IMG/VR virus record: IMGVR_UViG_3300020042_003419
Coordinates: 1 to 54,624 of that record
DNA length: 54,624 nucleotides
Direction: 5' to 3' (one strand)
DNA from: a virus
Lineage: Duplodnaviria > Caudoviricetes
Part shown: positions 9,337 through 18,157 of the stretch, piece by piece
Layout of the letters: each line of letters begins with the position of its first letter
How positions within the stretch are numbered: position 1 is the first letter of the stretch
Position numbers and translations under genes: made by a program
The notes under the pieces: generated by a model
What the model was told of the DNA's origin: nothing
The model's database searches: none
Seen by the model: only the letters and a program-made list of their open reading frames with translations

Positions 9337-10229
9337 TAGAATAAATCTTTCCGTAGTTCTTTAACTTTTGCTGTTGTATAGTGGCTTAATGTTTTAAAAT
9401 TAATTGTCGGGTTCTTAAAGTCCTTTACCATTGTCCAAGCATCTTCACGAATCAAATCGTAAAACACTGTATTAATAAGTTGAGGAATGTTCTTACTAGA
9501 CCATCCTCCCGTATCATTAATAATCTTTGCAACCACCTTATCAACTAAGGATGATGTAACAAACTTATTAACAATTTTCTCTTCAACGATTTCACAACCG
9601 ATAAGAGGTGCTCCCATTTCTTTATGATGACCATCTTTGAATTCGTTAGTTACTATCTTAGCCCACGTAACTCGACCATACCTGTTTGCGTAGTCATAGT
9701 TCTTGATGACAATTCCTTCACCAACACCCTCGCCATCCTTAATTAAGAACGTGTTCTTTTCAAGGCATTTCGTAAACACATCAATGTCACCATTCTTGAC
9801 GATGGCAATTGGGGCTAGGTAGTTAAGACTATACGCTTTAAGTTTTTCTTCATACCTATCGAAAGGAATGAACCTTTGCGTAATGGTATTGAACACATCA
9901 AACACGTAGAACTTTCGCCAAGCAGTGTCAACATAAGTCTTCAACGTGTGTGGCACAAGCCACTCGCCATACAAAATATGATAGGGATGTTCAAGCAAGT
10001 AAGCACCAACTTGTTTATCTGTCAGCATAGCAGCATAGAAGCCAGCATTATCAGCCTCAAGCGATAGCTCCCTGTTGCGACTACCTGCCTTGATCGAATA
10101 GTCTTCTGCTGCCCATACACTGGCATTGGTGCCGTCAAGCTTAGGGAACACATAAGTAGTTCCAACTTCAATGGATTCCACTTCAGTGTTACCAAACTTC
10201 TCAAGGTGTGGATATTTTAGAAAGCTCAT
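9336..10229 (-). CDS. RNA ligase (Rnl2-like nucleotidyltransferase)
   Basis: KLDGTN (motif I), YGEW, FYVFDV, EGIVIK, WAKIV. Confidence 0.85.
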   Translation of the reverse strand: MSFLKYPHLEKFGNTEVESIEVGTTYVFPKLDGTNASVWAAEDYSIKAGSRNRELSLEADNAGFYAAMLTDKQVGAYLLEHPYHILYGEWLVPHTLKTYVDTAWRKFYVFDVFNTITQRFIPFDRYEEKLKAYSLNYLAPIAIVKNGDIDVFTKCLEKNTFLIKDGEGVGEGIVIKNYDYANRYGRVTWAKIVTNEFKDGHHKEMGAPLIGCEIVEEKIVNKFVTSSLVDKVVAKIINDTGGWSSKNIPQLINTVFYDLIREDAWTMVKDFKNPTINFKTLSHYTTAKVKELRKDLF

Positions 10230-10232
10230 AAG

Positions 10233-10391
10233 TTATTTCTTTCTACCTACAAGGGTGGCTGCAATAAAGAAAGTAAATATAGCAACTGAGGGAATATAGA
10301 TTGGCATCAAAACAAACCACCAACTCCAATCAATAATTAAAGTTAATTTAAGTGCAATAAATAATATTGCAAGCAATCCTAAAAATGTCAT
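10233..10391 (-). CDS. Small membrane protein (52 aa), absent from the ORF track
   Basis: MTFLGLLAILFIALKLTLIIDWSWWFVLMPIYIP...; LKL...IDWSWW..L.P pattern common in phage membrane proteins; ATGA overlap with the HNH gene. Confidence 0.75.
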   Translation of the reverse strand: MTFLGLLAILFIALKLTLIIDWSWWFVLMPIYIPSVAIFTFFIAATLVGRKK

Positions 10392-10762
10392 TTCTTTTTC
10401 TTCATTAATTTTTCTTCTGCCGTCTTTTCTTTATGGCAGGGCTTACACAAAATCTGTAGGTTTTCTAATTCGCAAAAAAGATTGTCTATGTAAACATCCC
10501 AACTTATAAATCCTTTGACGGGATCTACAACAGGGATGATATGATCGACCTGTACATCTGTAGCTACAAAATGTTTGTTACAACCAACACATTTATAATG
10601 CATTGCAAGCTTTCCAGTTTTACTGTTGGCCTTGCGACCAACAAAAGATTCTTTCATTGCTTTAAACTTTACAGGCCATCTACGTGAAGCGGCCCGTAGT
10701 GCTGATGTAACAAAACTTCTGAATCTAGCTTCTGTCCATTCTCCACTATTTCTCATTCTCAA
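10388..10762 (-). CDS. HNH endonuclease
   Basis: CxxC...VDHIIPV...NLQILCKPCH. Confidence 0.85.
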   Translation of the reverse strand: MRMRNSGEWTEARFRSFVTSALRAASRRWPVKFKAMKESFVGRKANSKTGKLAMHYKCVGCNKHFVATDVQVDHIIPVVDPVKGFISWDVYIDNLFCELENLQILCKPCHKEKTAEEKLMKKKK

Positions 10763-10952
10763 GATTGTCAGTTAGATGAGATAAGTTTATTTGGTTCTCA
10801 GCCGTATAGAATAACTCATTTACAATATCCATAGCTTCTTTACGGGTATACGCAATAAGTTCTTCTTCATATTCTTCATCTGAACAAACAATAATATAAC
10901 CATTGCTGGCTTGTCTGATGGTTACTTCAATATCGCTCATTGTTTCCTTCAA
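10746..10952 (-). CDS. Hypothetical acidic protein
   Basis: Packed in the operon; start may be the second Met. Confidence 0.6.
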   Translation of the reverse strand: MKETMSDIEVTIRQASNGYIIVCSDEEYEEELIAYTRKEAMDIVNELFYTAENQINLSHLTDNLENEK

Positions 10953-11112
10953 TGGTTAGATCTTCATATTCAATGTTACGAACATCAAATTCATCAAGAG
11001 CACTGGTAATGTGAGCACAAATAGAATTGAGAAATTCTTCTTTACTTTCGTATTCTCCCTCAACTTCAAGATCGTCAAACTCCGCAGTAAACGCTACTGT
11101 CACTGTAATCAT
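10927..11112 (-). CDS. Hypothetical acidic protein
   Basis: ATGA overlap with the upstream gene. Confidence 0.65.
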   Translation of the reverse strand: MITVTVAFTAEFDDLEVEGEYESKEEFLNSICAHITSALDEFDVRNIEYEDLTIEGNNERY

Positions 11113-11474
11113 TTCGTTCCATCCTTATCAAAAGCAAGTAAAAATAACATGCAACACATGGCGTGTGCGAGGTGGCTCATACCAGTTTCACTATCGTTCT
11201 TTTCACCAGCAGCATAGGCGGTAAAGTGACGAAAACCTGCATCAATATAGCGCTGCCTAGCGTTAGGAACCTTCTTCCAGTTATCAGGAGAATACTTCTT
11301 TGCGCCATATGTAAGCACATCAACAACTTCAGTCAACGCGCCCCACTGCATCAAGCTCCATTGAGGCTTATCGTTGTCATACTTAACTCCAATAGTGTCA
11401 CTATCATCAATAGATTTTACATATTTTTTAAGTTGAGTATCATCCACCCAAAAGTCAGTAAAGTCACTTTTCAC
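11109..11474 (-). CDS. dATP/dGTP diphosphohydrolase domain protein (DUF5664-like)
   Basis: G.KYD..K...GAKKYSPDNW...RH...GE..D.ETG..HLAHA. Confidence 0.8.
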   Translation of the reverse strand: MKSDFTDFWVDDTQLKKYVKSIDDSDTIGVKYDNDKPQWSLMQWGALTEVVDVLTYGAKKYSPDNWKKVPNARQRYIDAGFRHFTAYAAGEKNDSETGMSHLAHAMCCMLFLLAFDKDGTK

Positions 11475-11815
11475 TGCACACCTCCTATTGTTGGTGTATT
11501 TTCATTTAAAAAATACTCTTCATCAAATAAACTTAGCTGAATCGGAGCACTGGAGGTATATTCAATATCACCAAAAGATTCTTTGCAATGGTTATAAGCT
11601 TTTTCTGCAAGATCTTCATCTGTCTCAAGTAGTTTAGCACAAGACGCAGTAAGCATTGCTGATGAAACAAGTGTTCCAATCTCATCTTCAGATAGTGTAA
11701 GAGGGCCAATTCCACTAATGAAAATATTATAATTACCATTCCAATTGTTATCATCAGAAATATTTGGACGAAAAATAATTATTACATCGTTTGGTTTAAA
11801 TTCAAGCTCAGTCAT
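11471..11815 (-). CDS. Hypothetical protein
   Basis: 114-aa ORF overlapping both neighbours. Confidence 0.7.
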   Translation of the reverse strand: MTELEFKPNDVIIIFRPNISDDNNWNGNYNIFISGIGPLTLSEDEIGTLVSSAMLTASCAKLLETDEDLAEKAYNHCKESFGDIEYTSSAPIQLSLFDEEYFLNENTPTIGGVQ

Positions 11816-12527
11816 TTTTATTCCTTAATGTAGGTGGTATCCATAATTCATTATCAAATCTTCTAAGCCAAAGCAGCCTAGCATTTTCAAGTACCCTGTC
11901 AGCATTACCTTCATAAGCATCTAAGCAAACCTGCCACATTTCAATCTCATCATTGTTGGTTTCGCTAAGCATTTTAGCAGCCCTTGCTGGCCCAATGTTC
12001 ATGAGTCCTTTGATGTTATCAGCATCGTCGCCTGAAAGTATTTGCTTATAAAATGATAGCAGTCCTTCTTCTTTAGTAACGTAGTATCCAACGTTCTTAA
12101 CAAAGTTGTAGTGCCATCCGGGTATCTGATCAAAGTCTTTATCAACACTAACCATGATGCAATTGCCTTCACCGAGAGTTGTTGCCTCAGTAGCAATAGC
12201 ATCGTCAGCTTCAATGCCGTCAACATTGATAGCGTTCCATTCCTTCAATAACCATTCACGCATAGCTTGATGATGTTCTGGTTTGGGCGCTGTTCTGTTT
12301 CCTTTGTACGGGGCAGTCACTGCAATTTGTTCACGGAAGTTTCCTTTGCCGGTGATGTAGAGTTTCCAATCATCAACAAAGCATTCTTCATACGTGCGAT
12401 CTACTTTAAGTGCAAGGATGTCAACGATGTAACTACTAAGTCTGAGCCTAGCAATCCTAACGTCTTCATCCTTGCAAGCAAAAGCAATCCTGTAAGCCAG
12501 TATGTCGGCGTCCAGTAAAGCAATCAT
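11808..12527 (-). CDS. 5'-3' exonuclease (T7 gp6-like)
   Basis: LLDAD, NFR...YKGNR, EADD, DKD, GD.ADNIKG motifs. Confidence 0.9.
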   Translation of the reverse strand: MIALLDADILAYRIAFACKDEDVRIARLRLSSYIVDILALKVDRTYEECFVDDWKLYITGKGNFREQIAVTAPYKGNRTAPKPEHHQAMREWLLKEWNAINVDGIEADDAIATEATTLGEGNCIMVSVDKDFDQIPGWHYNFVKNVGYYVTKEEGLLSFYKQILSGDDADNIKGLMNIGPARAAKMLSETNNDEIEMWQVCLDAYEGNADRVLENARLLWLRRFDNELWIPPTLRNKND

Positions 12528-12540
12528 TAGTCAGTGATGC

Positions 12541-12954
12541 TCAAAGAGCTTCATCTTCGTTAATGTTACCACCAGAACCAACGTACTCAATCAAGTCGGT
12601 GATGACTAGCTTAACAAGAGTGGGGCTGATGCCTTTCTTGTTCTTGTAAGTCCAAGGATAGAAGCCAACAATTGCACGAGCCTTACTCTCATTGCCAATC
12701 TCTTCTGTAATTTCATCACCTTCAGTATCAAAAGCCTTGATGGGCTTCTCAGACTTGCAAGTGATGTACATGCCTTTCTCTGGACTCTTATCATTAGACT
12801 GAACGCTAATGCCCATTTCTTCCAAGGCAGCAACAGCACCCTCTGACAAGTTGCACAGATCAACGGTATACTTACCCGCCATCTCATTCAACTTATTGTT
12901 AAAGCACCAATACACGGTAGCCTTAATCTTCACACGCTTTTTATCTTCACTCAT
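12541..12954 (-). CDS. Single-stranded DNA-binding protein (T7 gp2.5-like)
   Basis: Lies between polymerase and exonuclease; KY.VDL..L and IGN.S patterns; acidic C-terminus. Confidence 0.7.
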   Translation of the reverse strand: MSEDKKRVKIKATVYWCFNNKLNEMAGKYTVDLCNLSEGAVAALEEMGISVQSNDKSPEKGMYITCKSEKPIKAFDTEGDEITEEIGNESKARAIVGFYPWTYKNKKGISPTLVKLVITDLIEYVGSGGNINEDEAL

Positions 12955-13029
12955 ATAAACTTCCTTTTGAAAACGGTGGCGCTAACGAGGCCACCTATGC
13001 CGCTCTGTTAAACACACAGAGAATGTACA

Positions 13030-15144
13030 TTATACATAGCCTTCATCAACTTTAGTAACTGGTTCTTCGTATCCAATCAAAAGTTTCTTAGCTGCATCAA
13101 CATAGTAGTTGTAGTCAATGTCGTTGTTGAAGTCGTTGATGTCATTACAAACCTTCATTGCCCAACCGCTTTCAACACTAAGCCTACGATCAGGATCACC
13201 AGTATACACGGGAGGCATAACCTTAATCAGTTGTCCACCATCTTTACAGGCATAGTAACGACAAATGTTTTGTTGCTGTATCTCAGTACCATCATCAAAC
13301 ACTTGTACCAGCTTGCTGCTACGTGGCACCTTAGTGCGTAGCATAAAGTCGTACTTGTCTTCATGGTTGCTAATGAATTCGTACAGGTCAGCATCATACA
13401 GGATAGCCGCTTCCGCAGCCATTGCAATGATGCGGCCCCCTTGGTCTTGATGCCAGCCTAACCCTTCATATTGGTACGCTCCCTTGCGTTTAACCTTGCC
13501 ATCTGTGTACACGGCAATGTAGTTGTTAACGTCACGTATAACCATCTTTGCATACTCAGCAAACTCAAGCTGAAGATTCACCTGCTCTTGCCAATCTTTG
13601 CAGATCTTGTTGTACTGAGGGCGACTACCGCGAGGCAGCAGCACTGTGACACCATCGGTATTAACCTGAACAATCTTCAGTCCTTTGATGGCAAGAAGCT
13701 TATCAGCTAACAAGCACAACAGCAACTGTCCATTGATGGTGATGGTCATCGTGTACTTAGGGTCATAGAAGGGGCTGTACTTGTTATTGCTATCACCATA
13801 GACACCATTCAAGGCCAGCTTCAACATGGCATTCTCTGCCGTGTTCTTTGCATAGCTCTTACGTTGCTCATAAACATCTTTGTAAATGACACAGAATTCC
13901 TGTGACAGATGTTCAGGATAGACGTTGTTGCTAATGGCAATGTTTGGATACATGGAAGCAACGTCAGCATCAACAATGGTGTAGTCAAAGTCTTCTTCAA
14001 CAATTGATGGTGGCACACTGCCATGAATACCTCCAGTGCCAAAGTCAAAACGAAAGCCATCAACAACAACGTTTAAGGTGGTTGCTTCTTTCCAATGACC
14101 CCAATAGCTGTATTGACTTTCGCCTTTCTTCTTAGCCTTCAGTTCTTTTGTCTGAACCCAACCAAGCGGATGTTCAAGATTAAAATCAACAATCTCTTCC
14201 ATCGTTGGCTCTTCTTTAAACTTCTTACGCTTCTCAATTGTCTCAGCGTATGCAGATACAGACCCAAGCAAATGCTCCTCAATGTCTGAAAAAACACCTT
14301 TAGTTTCTGTGATGTTTTGCTGCTTGAACCATTCAACCACAGCTAAGAACTCAGGACGTTTGAAGTCGTAGTAATCAAACAAGCATTCTTCAATAGCAAT
14401 GCTAGGACGCTTTGTTTGGTTGATGCTGCGAGAACCATCCTTATTCTTCTTATAGCAACTTTCAGGCATAGCTTTCTCAAGCTGCATGATGAAATAGTCT
14501 TTACCAATTTTGGTGTCGTTATGGTTGATGAAGCTACGCTTATATTTCTTTGTCAGTTCTTCCCTGAAAGTAATCAAAGGAATAGATAACAAATAGAAAC
14601 GCAAGGTGTTGTCAACATCGTGCATGTTGTATGTGATTAGCACATCCATCTGATCTTCTGTTAGCACTGTTCCGGGCGGGTATGGAAGATCACAGATGTT
14701 GTCAGCCTTCATATTAAACTCAAGCATCTTCAATGATGTGGATCTAGCTACATTATCAAAGTGATAGATTTTAAATAGGTCAACCTGTTCAACCATATCC
14801 TTGCCGTTAGAGCGCCTAAACTCACGCTTCTGATCAGCAAAGATTGCTTGTGCTAGGCGATAGGCTTTGTCAGCAACAGCTTTGCCTGACACTGTGACAG
14901 CCTTAACCCTAACTTCAAGCAAGCCTTTGATAACTTCCCAATCAAAACCAACATTGTTAAAGCCAACTAAGCGATCACCATTGTCATGCAAGCAATCAAG
15001 AAAAGCAAACATTTTGTCTGCTTCATTCTTGCGCGTGGACATTTCAAACACCTGACGTTCACTACCATCAGACTTGATGGCAGCAAAGGTGAAGATGTTT
15101 GGATATGTTTCCAAATCGTAAATGTAGTCGCTCATGTATTTCAA
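13030..15144 (-). CDS. DNA polymerase, family B, with 3'-5' exonuclease
   Basis: ExoI DLETY, ExoII FNNVGFD, ExoIII YNMHDV; Pol motif A DVASMYP, motif B KLALNGVYG, motif C NTDG; KxKG. Confidence 0.9.
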   Translation of the reverse strand: MKYMSDYIYDLETYPNIFTFAAIKSDGSERQVFEMSTRKNEADKMFAFLDCLHDNGDRLVGFNNVGFDWEVIKGLLEVRVKAVTVSGKAVADKAYRLAQAIFADQKREFRRSNGKDMVEQVDLFKIYHFDNVARSTSLKMLEFNMKADNICDLPYPPGTVLTEDQMDVLITYNMHDVDNTLRFYLLSIPLITFREELTKKYKRSFINHNDTKIGKDYFIMQLEKAMPESCYKKNKDGSRSINQTKRPSIAIEECLFDYYDFKRPEFLAVVEWFKQQNITETKGVFSDIEEHLLGSVSAYAETIEKRKKFKEEPTMEEIVDFNLEHPLGWVQTKELKAKKKGESQYSYWGHWKEATTLNVVVDGFRFDFGTGGIHGSVPPSIVEEDFDYTIVDADVASMYPNIAISNNVYPEHLSQEFCVIYKDVYEQRKSYAKNTAENAMLKLALNGVYGDSNNKYSPFYDPKYTMTITINGQLLLCLLADKLLAIKGLKIVQVNTDGVTVLLPRGSRPQYNKICKDWQEQVNLQLEFAEYAKMVIRDVNNYIAVYTDGKVKRKGAYQYEGLGWHQDQGGRIIAMAAEAAILYDADLYEFISNHEDKYDFMLRTKVPRSSKLVQVFDDGTEIQQQNICRYYACKDGGQLIKVMPPVYTGDPDRRLSVESGWAMKVCNDINDFNNDIDYNYYVDAAKKLLIGYEEPVTKVDEGYV

Positions 15145-15497
15145 GCAGCAACTGCAAACACTTCTTGTTGAGCAGCAGGTTGAACAAAATCTGTGCTTGA
15201 TTCGTCAGGTAGTGGCTTGTACAAAGTGTTATAGGTTTCAAAACTTCCATCATCGTTCAGTACAAATACAGCGCTTGTGTTGACAATACCAATAGGAAGA
15301 TTATAGTGATTGAGAGCATACAGCTTTGCCTGTATCCAATTTTCATTTCTAATGATGAAGTCTATATCACCAATAAAAAACACAACAGGTTTTTGTTTAC
15401 CATCATGTTTCTTTTTGCTTTCAAGTAAAAGAGATTTCACTGGTTCTTCGTGAGTCTTCTTTTCAATCTTCTCTTGCCAAAATCTAATATAAGACAT
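15141..15497 (-). CDS. Hypothetical protein
   Basis: AAGGA SD; packed between helicase and polymerase. Confidence 0.7.
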   Translation of the reverse strand: MSYIRFWQEKIEKKTHEEPVKSLLLESKKKHDGKQKPVVFFIGDIDFIIRNENWIQAKLYALNHYNLPIGIVNTSAVFVLNDDGSFETYNTLYKPLPDESSTDFVQPAAQQEVFAVAA

Positions 15498-15509
15498 TTA
15501 AGTTTCCTT

Positions 15510-17126
15510 TCAAAGTGCGTCAGAAATATCATCAGTCGGTGTCATACGACCAGTGATCTTGTTGTAAAGTAAGCAACCGGCAGGGCCAGTGGTGCCACTA
15601 TAGCGGTTCTTTAAAACCCTACACTGAGTAGTGTTTCTCACAATAGGATCGTCATGTTGTCCATTGCGTTCAAGGCCAATCACCATGTCGCTAAGCTGTG
15701 CAATGGATGCACTACCGCGCAACTGTGCAAGGCTGGTGGCAGCACCCTCTTCATGACCCTTGTCACTCGGGCGCTTCAGATGGCTGACGATGATGAGGGC
15801 AATGTTTGTTTCTTGTACAAGCATACGCAGCTTAGTCATAATTTCGTCAATGGCTTTACGCTCGTCACTGTTCTCCTGTGCAGATACAATGATGCTCAAG
15901 TGATCAAGGAAAATGTAATTGCAACCAAGACCTTTAGCCAAGTAGCGTACACGGTTGACAATGTTCTCGACACTTGTGCTTCCAAAGTGATCAAACAAGA
16001 ATACCCGTCCACTACCAAGAGTGGCATCAAAAGCACGGCGGCGTTGTTGATCAGATACAAGCGTCAGAGTAGGTAAATGCAAAGGCATATCTACAGCTAA
16101 GCTCATCAAAGACAAAGCCGTCTTCTTAACACTTTCCTCAAGAAACATTAAGCCAACGTTATCAGAAGTGTTTTGTAGGATGTGCCAAGCAATTTCGCGT
16201 AACACTTGGCTCTTGCCTAATCCGCTACCAGCAGTGACGGTGACAAGCTCACCAAACCTAATACCATAAGTAAGATCGTTCAATGCCTTCCAAGGATATG
16301 TGCAGTCTGCTGGTGCCATCGGCTTAGACACCTCATCCCACAGCGTAGAACCGCTCACAATGCCATCAGGAATGAAACCCTCACTAGCCCACCAACGACT
16401 GACAAACGCTGTTGTTTTGCCATCAGCAAGCCAGTCGCATGCATCTTTGTATTCTGGTAAAGGTTTGAATACTTTGACCTTACTACCAAACAACTCAGCC
16501 ACTTCCTTTGACGCCTTCATCCCCGGCTCATCACCATCAAAGCAGATGATAATGTTTTCAAAGCTATTCAAATATTCGTAGGAGTCTTTGCAATTCTTTA
16601 AAGCAGCAGCAGCACCATTACGAATAGATACAGCAGGATATTTAGAACCAGTAAGTTGATACACAGCCAAGGCATCAAACTCTCCTTCAGTAACAGTGAC
16701 ATACTTACCTCCAGACGGGAATATATTTTGACCAAATAATGTACCGGCAGAAAAGTTTCCAACGGTTGAAAATGTTTTCTCTTTAACGCTTCTAACCTTA
16801 GCACCACAAAGACTGCTATCTTTATCATAGTAAGGAAAGTAGTAGTTGCCATCGTTACGAACAACACCAAACCTTTCCATAGTTTCTTTGGTTAACTTAC
16901 GTTCAGCTACAGATACGCTGATACCTTTATTGTAATTGTCTAAGAAGCTAGACATGTCTTTGACGACAACGGTTTCGGTGGGCATAGATTTATCAGTGTA
17001 GGTTGATTGTTCTGACGGTGTGAATTCTGCACAAGCAAAACAATAGGTTGAATAGTCATCGTTGATGGACAAGCCATCACTGCTTCCACAATCAGGGCAA
17101 GCTTTGTGGATGGATATAAATGTCAT
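15510..17126 (-). CDS. DNA primase-helicase (T7 gp4-like)
   Basis: N-terminal CxxC...CxxC zinc finger; TOPRIM EGEFD and FDGD; Walker A GSGLGKS; FLEE, DHL, LRGS, KNR. Confidence 0.95.
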   Translation of the reverse strand: MTFISIHKACPDCGSSDGLSINDDYSTYCFACAEFTPSEQSTYTDKSMPTETVVVKDMSSFLDNYNKGISVSVAERKLTKETMERFGVVRNDGNYYFPYYDKDSSLCGAKVRSVKEKTFSTVGNFSAGTLFGQNIFPSGGKYVTVTEGEFDALAVYQLTGSKYPAVSIRNGAAAALKNCKDSYEYLNSFENIIICFDGDEPGMKASKEVAELFGSKVKVFKPLPEYKDACDWLADGKTTAFVSRWWASEGFIPDGIVSGSTLWDEVSKPMAPADCTYPWKALNDLTYGIRFGELVTVTAGSGLGKSQVLREIAWHILQNTSDNVGLMFLEESVKKTALSLMSLAVDMPLHLPTLTLVSDQQRRRAFDATLGSGRVFLFDHFGSTSVENIVNRVRYLAKGLGCNYIFLDHLSIIVSAQENSDERKAIDEIMTKLRMLVQETNIALIIVSHLKRPSDKGHEEGAATSLAQLRGSASIAQLSDMVIGLERNGQHDDPIVRNTTQCRVLKNRYSGTTGPAGCLLYNKITGRMTPTDDISDAL

Positions 17127-17265
17127 TGTTGTTGCAATACCTGTAATAACATATTTATACTTTGCATAACAAGTAGTTGTTCGTTAACACCCAATTTTCC
17201 CAAGGCTTTGTTGGTGTAGGCCACTTCTTTCTAATTGCTTCGTAATATTTTTCTACATCACTCAT
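17123..17265 (-). pseudogene. Small gene with an apparent 1-nt frameshift (47 aa if repaired)
   Basis: MSDVEKYYEAIRKKWPTPTKPW; one extra A in the run at 17195-17198 gives EKLGVNEQLLVMQSINMLLQVLQQQ*, ending in an ATGA overlap with the primase start. Confidence 0.45.
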
Positions 17266-17483
17266 TATTTTCTTTCAAATAATTTATTAGCAATGATTCT
17301 TTCTTCACTGCGTATTGATAAACCTCTAATTGTTCCGGGGCTAAGTCCTTTCTTGCGCTTGTCATCATTAGCTTTGATCATAACATTACTCTTTTTATTA
17401 TTAGTAGTGAAGGCGGGATCTGTGGAGAACATGCTAGGTTCTCGTTCTGTGTACCAAAGAAATGCAGACACTACTTTGCTCAT
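17265..17483 (-). CDS. Hypothetical basic protein
   Basis: ATGA overlap with thyX. Confidence 0.65.
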   Translation of the reverse strand: MSKVVSAFLWYTEREPSMFSTDPAFTTNNKKSNVMIKANDDKRKKGLSPGTIRGLSIRSEERIIANKLFERK

Positions 17484-18157
17484 GGAAAGAAAGCTTTCAT
17501 TGTTGTTGGTGCCACATCACGCAATACAGATAACACCTGTGTGGCAAGGAGGCGGTGTTCTTTTTGTGTGCTTGCATGCAATCGCGCCTTCAAATAAAAG
17601 ATCCAACTACGCATGGTGCCACTCATATACAAGCGAGAAGTGGTGAGTCCCTCTGGCAGCACAGCCCTTGCTTGCTCTTTAGCAATGCCATTCTTGATTG
17701 ACCAATTATATGCATAGCTGGCAATGTCTATGACAGTTTGTTGTATCTCTTCCCATTCATAATTTAAAGCAGGGTTGTCGCTGACAACAGAAGCTTGTCG
17801 ATTCTTTGTGTCTTGCAAGCGACATTCACGCAACGGTGCAGCATCAAGCAGATCGGTGGTGGCATAGCGTTGTGAAAACTCTTGGAAGTAGAACGACTTA
17901 TGCCGCAATATTTGACGCCCAATGTCGCGGGTTGTATTAATTTCAAGACAAACATTAGCCATGTCAAATGGACTAACATGTCCTTCTTCCATGCAATAAT
18001 AAAGTAGTCGAGGATTTTCACTGGCCTGATTAGATGGATTACTAACCCGTGCCATAAACATAATTTGTTTATCAATGTCTGGTGTTGCCCATTGTATTTT
18101 TACATTTGTCATCAGTTGATCTTCTTTCATCTTTCGTTTACTATTAAAACCAGTCAC
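17480..18157 (-). CDS. thyX: FAD-dependent thymidylate synthase
   Basis: GHVSPF, RQILRHKSFYFQEFSQRY (RHx8SxR), AKEQARAVLP, TQKEH. Confidence 0.95.
   Translation of the reverse strand: MTGFNSKRKMKEDQLMTNVKIQWATPDIDKQIMFMARVSNPSNQASENPRLLYYCMEEGHVSPFDMANVCLEINTTRDIGRQILRHKSFYFQEFSQRYATTDLLDAAPLRECRLQDTKNRQASVVSDNPALNYEWEEIQQTVIDIASYAYNWSIKNGIAKEQARAVLPEGLTTSRLYMSGTMRSWIFYLKARLHASTQKEHRLLATQVLSVLRDVAPTTMKAFFP

Noticed and set aside
9028-11474. 2-aminoadenine (Z) genome pathway suggested by MazG and the dATP/dGTP diphosphohydrolase
   Set aside because: No PurZ/adenylosuccinate synthetase-like gene recognised; both enzymes are common in ordinary phages
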